A DNA stretch of 64,000 bases, taken from positions 1-64,000 of the IMG/VR virus record IMGVR_UViG_3300045972_000807; one strand, given 5' to 3'. The notes beneath the pieces are model-generated. The model was not told the DNA's origin and did not search any database. It saw only the letters and a program-made list of their open reading frames with translations. The position numbers and the translations under genes were made by a program. Shown piece after piece: positions 46,282 through 55,638 of the stretch (positions within the stretch are counted from its first letter, which is position 1; every line of letters begins with the position of its first letter). This stretch comes from a virus.

Positions 46282-47505
46282 TTAGTCCTTGTTGATGTTG
46301 ATTAAGATTTGGTTAACAGCTTTGTCTGAGAGGTTGAAGCGTTCCTTGAGGAAGTCCAAGTCTTCTGCTGAAGCCGCGGGGGCATCTGTGCCGCGAAGGA
46401 TAAAGAAGCTAATGCAAGTAGACTTAACTCCCTTGTATTCCTTCTCGGTGATTGCGGCACGCATACGAGCCCGGGTTTTAACCACGAGGCCCTTAACGTC
46501 CAGGTAAAGCTGTTGCTGAATCTTGTCCACCAAAGCCTTATCACGCACGGTGGGCTTGAGGAAGAAGTTCAACTGCTGCTCTTCGCTGTTGCTTTCCACA
46601 GCCGCAATGTGCTCGCTAAACGAGAACAACTCGCGCTTGATGCTCTCAGGCGAGATAAGCAAGTCGATTTGGATACGCTTGATGTTGTTGGCGAAGTGGG
46701 AGATTTGCAGGAGGTCGCTAAGCTCGTTGGCTACGGTTGCCAACTTAGCTGGATTGATCTCGCTGGTCAGCAAAGCATTTGAAGGAGGCTCGAACTCGTG
46801 GAGCACATCCATGAAGTAGGTCTTCTTGCCCATCAGGCCTGAGCCCAGAACAAAGGACACCACAATGAACAGCTGAGGAATACGCGATCCCTTTTCGTCG
46901 ATAACGTCCTTCAGCTCGATGTACGAGCAGTAGCAAAGGTTGTCACCGTCAGGGAACAGGTAGGAGAACGTTGTGGTGTCACCGTAGGCGATTGCACGGC
47001 TAACCAGCTTTTGAATGTTCTTGATAACCAACGCAAACTCTTCAGGCATAGTTTTAGCAGCCTGATTAGAAAGGAAGTTACCGGCATCGGCCAAGCCCTG
47101 AGTGATTTGCTTGCGGACTGAAGCGATACCGGCCAGTGCTGTATTGGAGTCAGCACCCAGCGCCTTGCTCATACGGAGCTTGGCTTCGAGGGCGCCTAGG
47201 GCATCTTTGCTTTCCCAGAGGGACCGTACGATGGCAAAGTTCTTTTCCAAGTTCTTTACCAGTGACGGTTTGAGATTAGACTTGCCCGTAGGCGAGTTCT
47301 TAACATCGGGAGTGCTGAGATCGATAACAAAGTTGTTAGCAGTAGCAATTTTCTTCTGAAAGACTTTCAAAAGGCTAAGGCTGTCCGACACCGACTCTGA
47401 TATCTTAGTGAGGTCGGTTTGAACTTGCTTGAGCGTTGTGTAGGAACGCTCAGCAAACTCTTGTGCTGCGATCTCGCTGTGTGTCTTCAATTTTTTAACG
47501 GACAT
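46282..47505 (-). CDS. putative virion protein
   Basis: 407 aa; first gene after a candidate late promoter. Confidence 0.6.
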   Translation of the reverse strand: MSVKKLKTHSEIAAQEFAERSYTTLKQVQTDLTKISESVSDSLSLLKVFQKKIATANNFVIDLSTPDVKNSPTGKSNLKPSLVKNLEKNFAIVRSLWESKDALGALEAKLRMSKALGADSNTALAGIASVRKQITQGLADAGNFLSNQAAKTMPEEFALVIKNIQKLVSRAIAYGDTTTFSYLFPDGDNLCYCSYIELKDVIDEKGSRIPQLFIVVSFVLGSGLMGKKTYFMDVLHEFEPPSNALLTSEINPAKLATVANELSDLLQISHFANNIKRIQIDLLISPESIKRELFSFSEHIAAVESNSEEQQLNFFLKPTVRDKALVDKIQQQLYLDVKGLVVKTRARMRAAITEKEYKGVKSTCISFFILRGTDAPAASAEDLDFLKERFNLSDKAVNQILININKD

Positions 47506-47535
47506 AATGTTCCATGCCTTTTATGGGATATACGA

Positions 47536-47545
47536 TTTAAAATTG
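47536..47545 (-). promoter_or_regulatory. candidate late-promoter element CAATTTTAAA
   Basis: Intergenic; matches the site upstream of the portal. Confidence 0.4.
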
Positions 47546-47551
47546 AACATG

Positions 47552-48877
47552 CTAGTATCTCTTATCAGTGTTTGGGCGTACCATCGAAGGTGTATTTGCC
47601 GAAGCCTGGGGGTTCCGCTTAGGAAGAATTATGTAGAGCTCTTGAGGCTGGCAGGGACGTACCTGGCACTCCCAACCTAGGACCGCCCTACGTTTATCGT
47701 TCCACCAATTGGAACTCGTAACCTGAAAAACTTTACCGTAAGTGCTATCGGTAATAATGTCGCCAGTGTCTACGTAGGGAATAGCAGGGGACATTACGAT
47801 CTGAAACGGGTCCGTGTTCTCAAGCTGAGTTTCCAATGAGGTTTGGTTTAGCTTGGGAAACTCGAACAGAGTCTGATTGTTGGATTGGTTGTACTGAATC
47901 TCAGCGTGTGTTGCGCTTGCGGTATCGGGATCACCTGGGAGCACAAAGGAAAATACGTGGGCGCGGCCGTCGCAGAACCGCTTCAGTTGCGATTCGTCTG
48001 TTAGACGGATTTGGTCTACAAAGATCTGGGCCGGTATAACCTTGTTACCGTTATAGAGGCGTACGCTGTCAATGCTTATTGCACCCATAGGCAGTATGGT
48101 GGGCTTGAAGGTAATAGTGCCGCCTTGGATAAGGGGCACAAAGGGCTCCATGTCTATCAATGCGTTACCCTTTACAGTGGAGTCCAGCATTTGCGATTCA
48201 AGAATAATCCGCACGCCGTTATGCACTAAAAATCCGCCTACATGGCCTGTACCGAAACAGATAGGGCAGGCTACGTCTGTAGAGACATCAAAGCCGAAGT
48301 CCATACCTGTGCCCAATACGTGGTCGAACAGCTCACGAGCAACCGTGCCTTCTCCGCTGACAGGGCCCGCGTCTGAGAAGCCGTCAGAGATTACAACGTC
48401 CGAGTTGGACGTAGCAAAGTCGTCCTCCTCAATAAAGCCTGTACCGGGGCCGCCCGAGAAGGGCTTGCTTATTAAGGGCTCTTCAGTATCGTACAAACCC
48501 AAGGGAGCCAATTGAACTCCGCCTCCACCACCGCCACCAACCATAGGGCCAAATACAGTCTTGTTGGGCACGGCGCCGTAAGGCATCGTACCAAACTGCT
48601 GACCAGTAAGGAGTTGGTTGATAACGCCCGGGCGCGCGTCGCCGTTCTCGTCCAACAGAGTTTTAGGGACCTTGCTGGCCTTAGACTGGCACGCACAAAT
48701 TATGCCGCACTTCATCTTAGAGTACAAGATAGAAGGGAAGCCTTGTACCTGAAAAGCATTGTCGTAACGGCGTGCTTGCGTGCTGACAATTCGATCTATG
48801 GATTGCCTAGCAACGTCTACAGCCCGAGTGTTAGTCGGGAGGATGCGGTTGTTGGTGGGGCGGTTTACGATTGGCAT
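47552..48877 (-). CDS. putative head-completion/neck protein with Zn motif
   Basis: CAC...CPICFGTG-x-VGG split zinc motif; C-terminal GDIITD beta domain. Confidence 0.55.
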   Translation of the reverse strand: MPIVNRPTNNRILPTNTRAVDVARQSIDRIVSTQARRYDNAFQVQGFPSILYSKMKCGIICACQSKASKVPKTLLDENGDARPGVINQLLTGQQFGTMPYGAVPNKTVFGPMVGGGGGGGVQLAPLGLYDTEEPLISKPFSGGPGTGFIEEDDFATSNSDVVISDGFSDAGPVSGEGTVARELFDHVLGTGMDFGFDVSTDVACPICFGTGHVGGFLVHNGVRIILESQMLDSTVKGNALIDMEPFVPLIQGGTITFKPTILPMGAISIDSVRLYNGNKVIPAQIFVDQIRLTDESQLKRFCDGRAHVFSFVLPGDPDTASATHAEIQYNQSNNQTLFEFPKLNQTSLETQLENTDPFQIVMSPAIPYVDTGDIITDSTYGKVFQVTSSNWWNDKRRAVLGWECQVRPCQPQELYIILPKRNPQASANTPSMVRPNTDKRY

Positions 48878-48885
48878 CTTTAACC

Positions 48886-49728
48886 TTACGGGGATGTTGG
48901 TGAAGGCGTTTCTAGGGCCTTATTCAGTGCGGGCATAAACGGCGCGCTACCCGGAATTAAAGCTGGTAGCAGTAACGGGGCGATTGAGAGTACGCCGTCC
49001 TTGATCTTACTAACTACAAGGAGTGGCGTACTTTCCTCTGTAGACACTGTTGTGGGGTCGATAGAGGTATCGTACAACAATGTCTGTAGCTCAGAAGCTG
49101 AAGCCGGTGTAATGCTACACCCCACGATGCGAACAGAGTTGTAGGCGTCTATGAGGGCGTTCAATTGCCGAATAGCGTCGTCTCCATCCTGTGCTATTGC
49201 GTGGAGAGATTGTTGAGTCGCGTCGTCAGGTCGGCATTGCGCTTGGTTCCCAGTTCCACCGGTAAGGGCGGGATCACTGTTGCCTTGTACACCGTCGGCG
49301 GGATGTTGGACGAGTTGACCACTGGCGGTTTGGTTGTTGAGCACGCCGACATTAGCAGCAGGCTTGCTATGAAAAACGAGCGGTTTGTTAGCTGTGGGAT
49401 TCTTGTGTGCATACTGATTCTCCTGTTTGAGGTTACCTGCGATATTATTAACATTATCCTGAAGGACTGTGCTGTTGCCCTGGGCTATACCGTTGGCAGT
49501 AGCCGCAGCTACGCTGTAGTCGCTCTTGAGTTTGTCGACTACCTTTTGGTCTTCAACAACCTTTGCGGCTAAGGCTGCGTCCCCCTTACGGGCTGCCACA
49601 TAGTAACCTGAGCCATAGATACCAATTGCTATCGCAACAACCGTTACTATCTTTGCCAGAAGGATATACGGTGTCGCGGGATTAGCTACGGGAATTACTG
49701 CGGCTGCTATTTCTGATTCTATACTCAT
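48886..49728 (-). CDS. Rz: i-spanin (Rz-like) with C-terminal extension
   Basis: AGGAG RBS, N-terminal TM helix, coiled coil, AIAQDGDDAIRQLNAL motif, embedded lipoprotein gene. Confidence 0.8.
   Translation of the reverse strand: MSIESEIAAAVIPVANPATPYILLAKIVTVVAIAIGIYGSGYYVAARKGDAALAAKVVEDQKVVDKLKSDYSVAAATANGIAQGNSTVLQDNVNNIAGNLKQENQYAHKNPTANKPLVFHSKPAANVGVLNNQTASGQLVQHPADGVQGNSDPALTGGTGNQAQCRPDDATQQSLHAIAQDGDDAIRQLNALIDAYNSVRIVGCSITPASASELQTLLYDTSIDPTTVSTEESTPLLVVSKIKDGVLSIAPLLLPALIPGSAPFMPALNKALETPSPTSP
49194..49412 (-). CDS. Rz1: o-spanin (Rz1-like lipoprotein) embedded in the i-spanin gene
   Basis: AGGAG RBS before ATG 49412; lipobox LMSA-C; Pro-rich mature part; alternative frame inside Rz. 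Confidence 0.85.
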   Translation of the reverse strand: MHTRIPQLTNRSFFIASLLLMSACSTTKPPVVNSSNIPPTVYKATVIPPLPVELGTKRNADLTTRLNNLSTQ

Positions 49729-49865
49729 TTTGATCTGCTCCTGTCTGTATCTACCTAAAAACACCCATTTCTAAGTGCGCCTGAAAGTACCTAAAATAGC
49801 CGGGGAATCTACCTGTACCTAGTACAGTGTACCGTTATCCACTCTTGCCATCTACCACCTGTTCT

Positions 49866-49894
49866 AGCCTACGCTAGTGTACCTAGCGTAGGCT
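49866..49894. terminator. intergenic hairpin/terminator
   Basis: AGCCTACGCTAG-TGTAC-CTAGCGTAGGCT. Confidence 0.6.
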
Positions 49895-49905
49895 GTTTGC
49901 CTCGC

Positions 49906-50718
49906 CTATTTGTTTATGACCCAGGCGTCGGAAGTAAGGCGCATGTTGGTTACGTAGGCGTAAGGAACGCTGAAGTACCCACCAATGCCCCACTCGGGAC
50001 CCCAGCTGTTTCTGAAAAGGAAACGCTGAACCGTATCGTTGTAGCCAACCATTAGGACAGCGTGCCCACCCACGCACTTTTCTCCGGGTTTGGGCATCTG
50101 AACCTGGCCGGTGTGAGCAACCTGAGGGCCTTCAAAGGATTCGTAAAGCTGAAGTCCGCATACGATAGGAAAACCTGATGCCAAGGTTTGTTTAACCTGC
50201 AGGGGGTCCGTGTTGATGACCTGAGCAAACTTGCTTATCTTTCGAGTGGCAGCGTCAGCGTACGCAGCGTCATGAGGCTTTTGGGTAACCTTGGTAACGT
50301 CATAGGGCCATACGAGCTCTTGGCAAATACCGTAGGTGCTGAGTGCCTTGATGCCGTCATGGATGAAAGCCCCAGCGTCTTGCCCTGTTGAGTTTTCAAG
50401 AATACGTTCGTTGTAGTACGTGAAAAGCCTACTTACCTCAAAGTAAGAACCCTTTTGAGGATTGAAGGCTCCCTGCGTGTTTTCAAGATACTCAAGCGCT
50501 CCGCTGAAAGCGTGACCACTGCATGAACCAATAGGTCCCTGGTTCTCTACAGGTGAGCACCCTGGGCGCAAGTCCACAATTGGGGGCAACGAATTAGGAG
50601 CCACCAGCATAAAGTGCGGCGATGCCACCACGTCGAGGTGCGGAGCTCTGTGTGAGCGGGTTGACGCCTTAAGAGCGTAGGTATGACCTTTGGGTTTGTG
50701 TGCGGTTATCGTTGCCAT
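49906..50718 (-). CDS. papain-like cysteine protease (C1A)
   Basis: VDLR, QGPIGSC, GGHAV, RNSWG-x-x-WG-x-x-GY; no signal peptide. Confidence 0.93.
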   Translation of the reverse strand: MATITAHKPKGHTYALKASTRSHRAPHLDVVASPHFMLVAPNSLPPIVDLRPGCSPVENQGPIGSCSGHAFSGALEYLENTQGAFNPQKGSYFEVSRLFTYYNERILENSTGQDAGAFIHDGIKALSTYGICQELVWPYDVTKVTQKPHDAAYADAATRKISKFAQVINTDPLQVKQTLASGFPIVCGLQLYESFEGPQVAHTGQVQMPKPGEKCVGGHAVLMVGYNDTVQRFLFRNSWGPEWGIGGYFSVPYAYVTNMRLTSDAWVINK

Positions 50719-50741
50719 GTTCTTACTCTCAAATAGGGTTG

Positions 50742-51758
50742 TTATGCGTAGAAACTGGGAGCCTTGTTCTTTGTGGCTATGTTAGTGCTTTGGTAGTGCA
50801 AGTCCACCGAGTGGATGAATGGCTGTGTTCCCCCAGTGTTGGCACTTAACACAATTCTTGCAAGTATGAGCGAATCCACTTCCAGGTTAGCCAGTGGTAT
50901 AAGAGAGCCTCCAGTTATCTGGACTTCAGCAATCATGTGTTGGTACTGAGTCGTACTAGACGCCTGTACCCACGTAACAGACACAGGAGCCGTGAAAGCA
51001 GCTTGGTTAAAGCCTTTAGCCTCCGTGAGGTACGCCGTGAAGCTTACTGTCTCGTTTACGCCTGAAGCGTTCAGACTCCAGTGAACGTGAATGAATATGT
51101 CGGTGCCGGGTGCCCAGTCGTGTGGTATGTGGTAGTTGAATGACAGTTCATCGTTTATTCCAAACTGGTACTGGCTTATTGCTCCCCTGTAGGTATTCCA
51201 TGTTGGGGCAGAGCCTCCTCCGCGTACAACCATAGAGCCAATAATGTCGTGCCATCCCCAGGTTGGAGTTACCGTGTCTACCTTTATGCCGTAGCCTGAT
51301 GCCTTGTTGATAACCACGTAGTTAAACAGGTTGCTACTGCTACCTGCTACGTTGACCCAGTTAGTTCCGTCAAACTGCAAAATGTTACCTGTGGCGGGAG
51401 AGGTAAGCACCACATCCGACAATGCACTAATAGACGAGGTAACAGTAACAGGAGAACCAGTAGACGTAATTCTTCCCTTTGCGTCTACAGTGAAAGGTGT
51501 AATCTGTGTACTTACGTTGTTGTAGGTACCTGCTGTAACGCCTGAGTTAGCCAGAGTGAAAGCACCTGCGCCCCTGGACAGGCTTCCCGTAACGTCCCCG
51601 GTTACCGTAGCCGAACCTACCTCAACCACGGTGGTTCCCTTAAGGGTAAATAGCACGCCGTCGGCTGTGTTAACCGCTACCTCCCCAGCTACAAGCTGTA
51701 GGTTGGTGGGTACCTTATTCGCTACCGAAGATTTCTTCAATAGAATTGTTTGTGCCAT
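50742..51758 (-). CDS. tail fibre protein
   Basis: N-terminal ILLKKS...VP...L..GE..VN..DG domain; SGVTAGTY-TVDAKGR repeat; LSDV...GNILQFDGTNWVN. Confidence 0.8.
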   Translation of the reverse strand: MAQTILLKKSSVANKVPTNLQLVAGEVAVNTADGVLFTLKGTTVVEVGSATVTGDVTGSLSRGAGAFTLANSGVTAGTYNNVSTQITPFTVDAKGRITSTGSPVTVTSSISALSDVVLTSPATGNILQFDGTNWVNVAGSSSNLFNYVVINKASGYGIKVDTVTPTWGWHDIIGSMVVRGGGSAPTWNTYRGAISQYQFGINDELSFNYHIPHDWAPGTDIFIHVHWSLNASGVNETVSFTAYLTEAKGFNQAAFTAPVSVTWVQASSTTQYQHMIAEVQITGGSLIPLANLEVDSLILARIVLSANTGGTQPFIHSVDLHYQSTNIATKNKAPSFYA

Positions 51759-51760
51759 GT

Positions 51761-52189
51761 TTATTTACCGTAGTTAGATTTAGGTAAGAAACAGAGTAGG
51801 TTGTACAGACTGTTAGGGCTGTATATAGCCGGGCTAGGGATAAGCAGGGCAGTAGCACACCACTCAGAGCAAAAGCTAGCGCCTTTTGGTGCTAGGTTAA
51901 AGTTGAAGAACTGATCCAAGAGAAGGAGGGCAACAGAGTACTTTGTGCCTTTAGTATCTGCAAAGTACGTTTTAACTTCCACAGCCTGAGCCCAAGGAAC
52001 TTCTACTAGGTCCCAGGTTTCAGTATCGTTAAAATCTATTTTCTTACGCCGAACTCCTCCGTCGCGTGCTGTAGACGTGTAGCCTTCGCCGTCCATAACT
52101 ATCTCACAGTGGCTATAAGGGCCGTGGGTAAACCTGCGGATAAGACTGTCTACCCAGTTACCGGGTGCTTTGTAAAAGGCTACTTGCAT
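51761..52189 (-). CDS. permuted papain-like (YaeF/YiiX-type NlpC/P60) protein
   Basis: YSHCEI precedes FCSE (His before Cys); GGAG RBS. Confidence 0.75.
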   Translation of the reverse strand: MQVAFYKAPGNWVDSLIRRFTHGPYSHCEIVMDGEGYTSTARDGGVRRKKIDFNDTETWDLVEVPWAQAVEVKTYFADTKGTKYSVALLLLDQFFNFNLAPKGASFCSEWCATALLIPSPAIYSPNSLYNLLCFLPKSNYGK

Positions 52190-52203
52190 TAGGTGTTCTC
52201 CAA

Positions 52204-52749
52204 CTAAAAGATTATTGCGTTTGGGTAAACATCCGTGTACACCAAGGGCCACATAGGTACAACGGCAACTGAGTAAAAATCGTAGTTACCTGGGTCACTC
52301 GATGCCAGCATGTTAGCATGGTGAGCCTCGGCTATTCCAAAAGTTTGCATGTCCTGAGTAGCTACTTGCATGAACACACCCAAAGCTAGTTCGGGTGCCA
52401 TCGCAACAAAATCGCCTGTCATAGTTTTCCACATGATACCGGAAGGCATGCTAGCGCCCATCATAACTAGTCCGAGGTATTGGATACGCGAGCTATTGTC
52501 GGTGTGAAACCAGTAATCTCCTACTTTTACGCCAGAAAATTTACGAAGGTCTCTATCCACTTGAATAGATTTCCACATCTGTTGTTTTACCATTTCCAAG
52601 CAGTCAGCGTCTAGCGTTTCTTGCGAGGGGAGGGCATCCCCTGAAACCCACACTAGGTTTTCGTAAACCGAGCCGTCACCCGATGACTGCACAAGAACTG
52701 TTGGGTACTTTTCAGAGATAGCCTGTATATACGTGACTGTTATAGCCAT
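52204..52749 (-). CDS. tail fibre assembly chaperone (DUF4376-like)
   Basis: WKSIQVDRD...GVKVGDYWFHTDNSSRIQ...WKTMTGDFV; follows a fibre gene. Confidence 0.7.
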   Translation of the reverse strand: MAITVTYIQAISEKYPTVLVQSSGDGSVYENLVWVSGDALPSQETLDADCLEMVKQQMWKSIQVDRDLRKFSGVKVGDYWFHTDNSSRIQYLGLVMMGASMPSGIMWKTMTGDFVAMAPELALGVFMQVATQDMQTFGIAEAHHANMLASSDPGNYDFYSVAVVPMWPLVYTDVYPNAIIF

Positions 52750-52758
52750 TTTGCATCC

Positions 52759-53535
52759 TTAAGAAAATTCTTGAACCGTGATGCCGTTACGTGCCAGCAT
52801 ACCGTTAAACATCGCGTTCTTACCCTGGTTAACGTACCAGGTACCTGAGGCACTTGCGCCTACGTAAAGCGTATAGGTAACCGCTGAAACTGTAGAAGGA
52901 GCATCGTTAATGGTAAATGTCATAGGCACAGGTTGTCCAGACTGCCAACAGGTATTGCAGAACACGCCAATGCAGGTTGTACCTCGAAATAAAGAGGCGT
53001 TAAGTTGTCTACCACTCTGGTTGTGGTCGAACGTAAATGAGCCAGAAATGTTTATTCGGCTAGCTGTAGCGTTTGGTGTTATTACCTGGGACCAAATAGC
53101 TGTCCCTGCTGTTGATGTTGTTGGTGTACTGTTGGATATAGCTAGAAGTGTATTGCCGCTCTGTGCTGCAATTACAGATGTTTGCGACTGTAGGACAATT
53201 CCTGAACCGAAAGATACTGCTACGTTAGTTACTGAGACTATACGGCCCTTAGCGTCTACAGTGAACTGTGGAATTTGTGCTGCACTACCGTAAGTTCCAG
53301 CTACTGCGCCTGAAGCGGCTAAGGTAAGTGTTCCCGCCTGCCCTGAAATAGTGCCTGTAACGTCACCAGTAAGAGTGGCTGCGCCTATCTCTACTACCGA
53401 TGCAGTTCCGTTATTTTTTGAAAGGTAAAGCTTACCGTCGTAGGTATTTACGCCTAGTTCACCCAGTGCTAGCTGAACCGTGGTTGGCACTCGGGCAGGT
53501 ACTGACGAGCGTTTAAGAAGAATCTGTTGAGTCAT
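52759..53535 (-). CDS. tail fibre protein
   Basis: Same N-terminal domain and TVDAKGR repeat; C-terminal beta domain. Confidence 0.8.
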   Translation of the reverse strand: MTQQILLKRSSVPARVPTTVQLALGELGVNTYDGKLYLSKNNGTASVVEIGAATLTGDVTGTISGQAGTLTLAASGAVAGTYGSAAQIPQFTVDAKGRIVSVTNVAVSFGSGIVLQSQTSVIAAQSGNTLLAISNSTPTTSTAGTAIWSQVITPNATASRINISGSFTFDHNQSGRQLNASLFRGTTCIGVFCNTCWQSGQPVPMTFTINDAPSTVSAVTYTLYVGASASGTWYVNQGKNAMFNGMLARNGITVQEFS

Positions 53536-53563
53536 GTAATCGTCCTATATAGGAAAAGGAAGG

Positions 53564-53585
53564 AGGCCCGCTATATAGCGGGCCT
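53564..53585 (-). terminator. 22-nt palindrome, probable terminator
   Basis: AGGCCCGCTATATAGCGGGCCT followed on the minus strand by CCTTCCTTTT. Confidence 0.6.
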
Positions 53586-53604
53586 ATTGTCGGTCAACTA
53601 AAGG

Positions 53605-55365
53605 TTAAAAGCTTCCGCCGTCGATGGTGTCGGTGTTACGCAGGCCGTCGGTAATACCGTAGCCCGTGATAGTGGTCGGGGTACCAGTGATGGAGCTAAA
53701 CGCTGGAGTGATCGTTGTAGCCGAACCGGCAGCGGTAACACGACCCTTAGCATCCACCGTGAACGAGCTATGCTGGGTAGCAGAGTTGCTGTAGGTTCCA
53801 GCAGTTACGCCGGATGCCGCCAGGGTTACAGCAAAGCTGCCTGTGCCTGTACCGGTAGCATCGCCAGTCAGCGTGATCGTTTGATCGCCGCTGTTGGTGC
53901 CTGTCAAACCCAGGTCAGTCTTGAGCGTAGCCAGCGTGTTGACTTCAGGCGCGCCGGTACCCGCTGTCTTGCGATAGATCAGGCTGGCGGTTGCCATGTT
54001 AGCCATCTTGGCCAGAGTCACTGCACCTGCAGCAATAGTACCTGTGATTGCTGTAGTACCTGTACCAGTAACGTCACCACCCAAGGTAATTGCCTGATTG
54101 CCAGTGATGTACGCACTGGAGTCAAAAGAGGCAACACCGTTGGTCAGCTTAACCAGGCCAGTGGACACGCTGGACAAAGCCGCAATGCTTGTGAGCTTTG
54201 CGTTGAGTGCTTGCGCGTCGGTGACACCATAGCCGGCCAAGGTTGTTGGGGTACCGGTAATGGAGCTGAAAGCTGGGGCAATGGTTGTGGGGGCGCCCAC
54301 GGAGGTAATTCGGCCCTTAGCATCCACAGTGAACGAGCTATGCTGAGTTGCGCTGTTGTCGTAGGTACCTGCGGTTACGCCCGAGGCTGAAAGCGTAAGC
54401 GCGATAGAGCCTGTGCTGAGGGCTGTTGCAGACGCAGTAGCGTCACCGGTTACAGCCAGTGTCTGCGTAGAAGCCAGTTGGGCTACGTTGGTAACGTTAC
54501 CCAGGCCTACGTCTGTGCTTGTGAGCACAACAGTGCCCGATCGGCCAGCAACGCTGATTACTTCGTTGGCAATGCCGTCGATCTTGTCCCATGTAGTTCC
54601 GTCAAAAACAACAGAGTCACCAACGTTCCATTGGCTGAGTCCGTCTAAGCTAGTTGCGCCAGCAGTAGCTACCTTGTAGTAGTAACCTTTGGTTCCCGTG
54701 CTAGATACAAGCGCAGGGATATTGGTTGTAGCGTTCCACGTACCTTGGTAGTTTAATCCACCAATCAACGATGACGGGATTTGGGCTGTGGTGAGCTTAC
54801 CAGTGCCGTCCAAGGTAGCAACACCTGAAGCTGCGCCCAGTTGCGTGGTGGAGACAGCGCCGATAGCCGCAGGTGTGACGTTAACCGCAGTAGCGGAAGT
54901 AACGCGGCCCTTGGCGTCCACAGTAACCTGTGCAACTGCTGAGCTTGAACCATAGGTACCTGCGGTAACACCTGATGCTGCCAAGGTAAGAGCCACCGAA
55001 GTAGAGCCTGAACCTGTTGCGTCGCCTGTGTAGGATATCGACTGGTTGCCGGTCAGGTAGGCGCTTGTATCCAGAGAGGCCGCGCCTGCGGTCAGCTTAA
55101 CCAAGCCTGTGCTGGAAGTAGACAGGGCGGCGACAGAGGTTAGAGTAGCATTAGAAGCCTGCAGTGCGTCGGTGATACCGTAGCCAGCCAACGTTGTTGG
55201 CTTATTGAACACGGTAGCCCAATCGTTCAAAGCTACGATAGCGCCAGCCAGGTTCTTGAAGAACAGCTTGCTGTCAGCGTAGTTGATTGCTATTTCGCCG
55301 AATGCCAATGAGGGAGGTACGTTTGTGGCTGTGCCTGATTTTTTGATAAGAATTGTCTGAGACAT
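53605..55365 (-). CDS. long tail fibre protein with internal repeats
   Basis: Shared N-terminal domain; KPTTLAGYGITD repeats; three TVDAKGR repeats; YQGTWNA...GDSVVFDGTTWDK; ends IDGGSF. Confidence 0.85.
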   Translation of the reverse strand: MSQTILIKKSGTATNVPPSLAFGEIAINYADSKLFFKNLAGAIVALNDWATVFNKPTTLAGYGITDALQASNATLTSVAALSTSSTGLVKLTAGAASLDTSAYLTGNQSISYTGDATGSGSTSVALTLAASGVTAGTYGSSSAVAQVTVDAKGRVTSATAVNVTPAAIGAVSTTQLGAASGVATLDGTGKLTTAQIPSSLIGGLNYQGTWNATTNIPALVSSTGTKGYYYKVATAGATSLDGLSQWNVGDSVVFDGTTWDKIDGIANEVISVAGRSGTVVLTSTDVGLGNVTNVAQLASTQTLAVTGDATASATALSTGSIALTLSASGVTAGTYDNSATQHSSFTVDAKGRITSVGAPTTIAPAFSSITGTPTTLAGYGVTDAQALNAKLTSIAALSSVSTGLVKLTNGVASFDSSAYITGNQAITLGGDVTGTGTTAITGTIAAGAVTLAKMANMATASLIYRKTAGTGAPEVNTLATLKTDLGLTGTNSGDQTITLTGDATGTGTGSFAVTLAASGVTAGTYSNSATQHSSFTVDAKGRVTAAGSATTITPAFSSITGTPTTITGYGITDGLRNTDTIDGGSF

Positions 55366-55398
55366 GATACACTTTCTAAGGGTTGAGGTTGCAAAAGG

Positions 55399-55605
55399 TT
55401 AAAAAATTCCGCCGTCCATAACTAAGGCTTCGACGAACGTAGCAAGTTCCGTGGTGGGTAGGTTTGCCATTGGGACTAGCCCTGAGTCATCCAATGGTGC
55501 AATGCCTCCCGGCATGCCCTTCTTTTCGGAAATATCAGTTTCCACCTCGGTTTCGGTAGCTAGGGACGTATCTAGCTGGCCGGATCTTACTACGGTTCGT
55601 GCCAT
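55399..55605 (-). CDS. small fibre-associated protein
   Basis: GIAPLDDSGLVP motif resembles GVATLDGTG in the next fibre; ends MDGGIF. Confidence 0.7.
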   Translation of the reverse strand: MARTVVRSGQLDTSLATETEVETDISEKKGMPGGIAPLDDSGLVPMANLPTTELATFVEALVMDGGIF

Positions 55606-55638
55606 GGTTTATTACCTGTTTAGTTAATTAGAGTTCCC

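Noticed and set aside
38596-47505. Major capsid protein assignment to 38596-39393 or 46282-47505
   Set aside because: No HK97-fold features could be recognised from sequence; left as putative virion proteins.
22774-49905. c-di-GMP riboswitch or tRNA in the larger intergenic gaps (22774-22876, 27204-27386, 49729-49905)
   Set aside because: No GEMM consensus or tRNA cloverleaf/T-loop was recognised by eye; an Infernal/tRNAscan run would be decisive.
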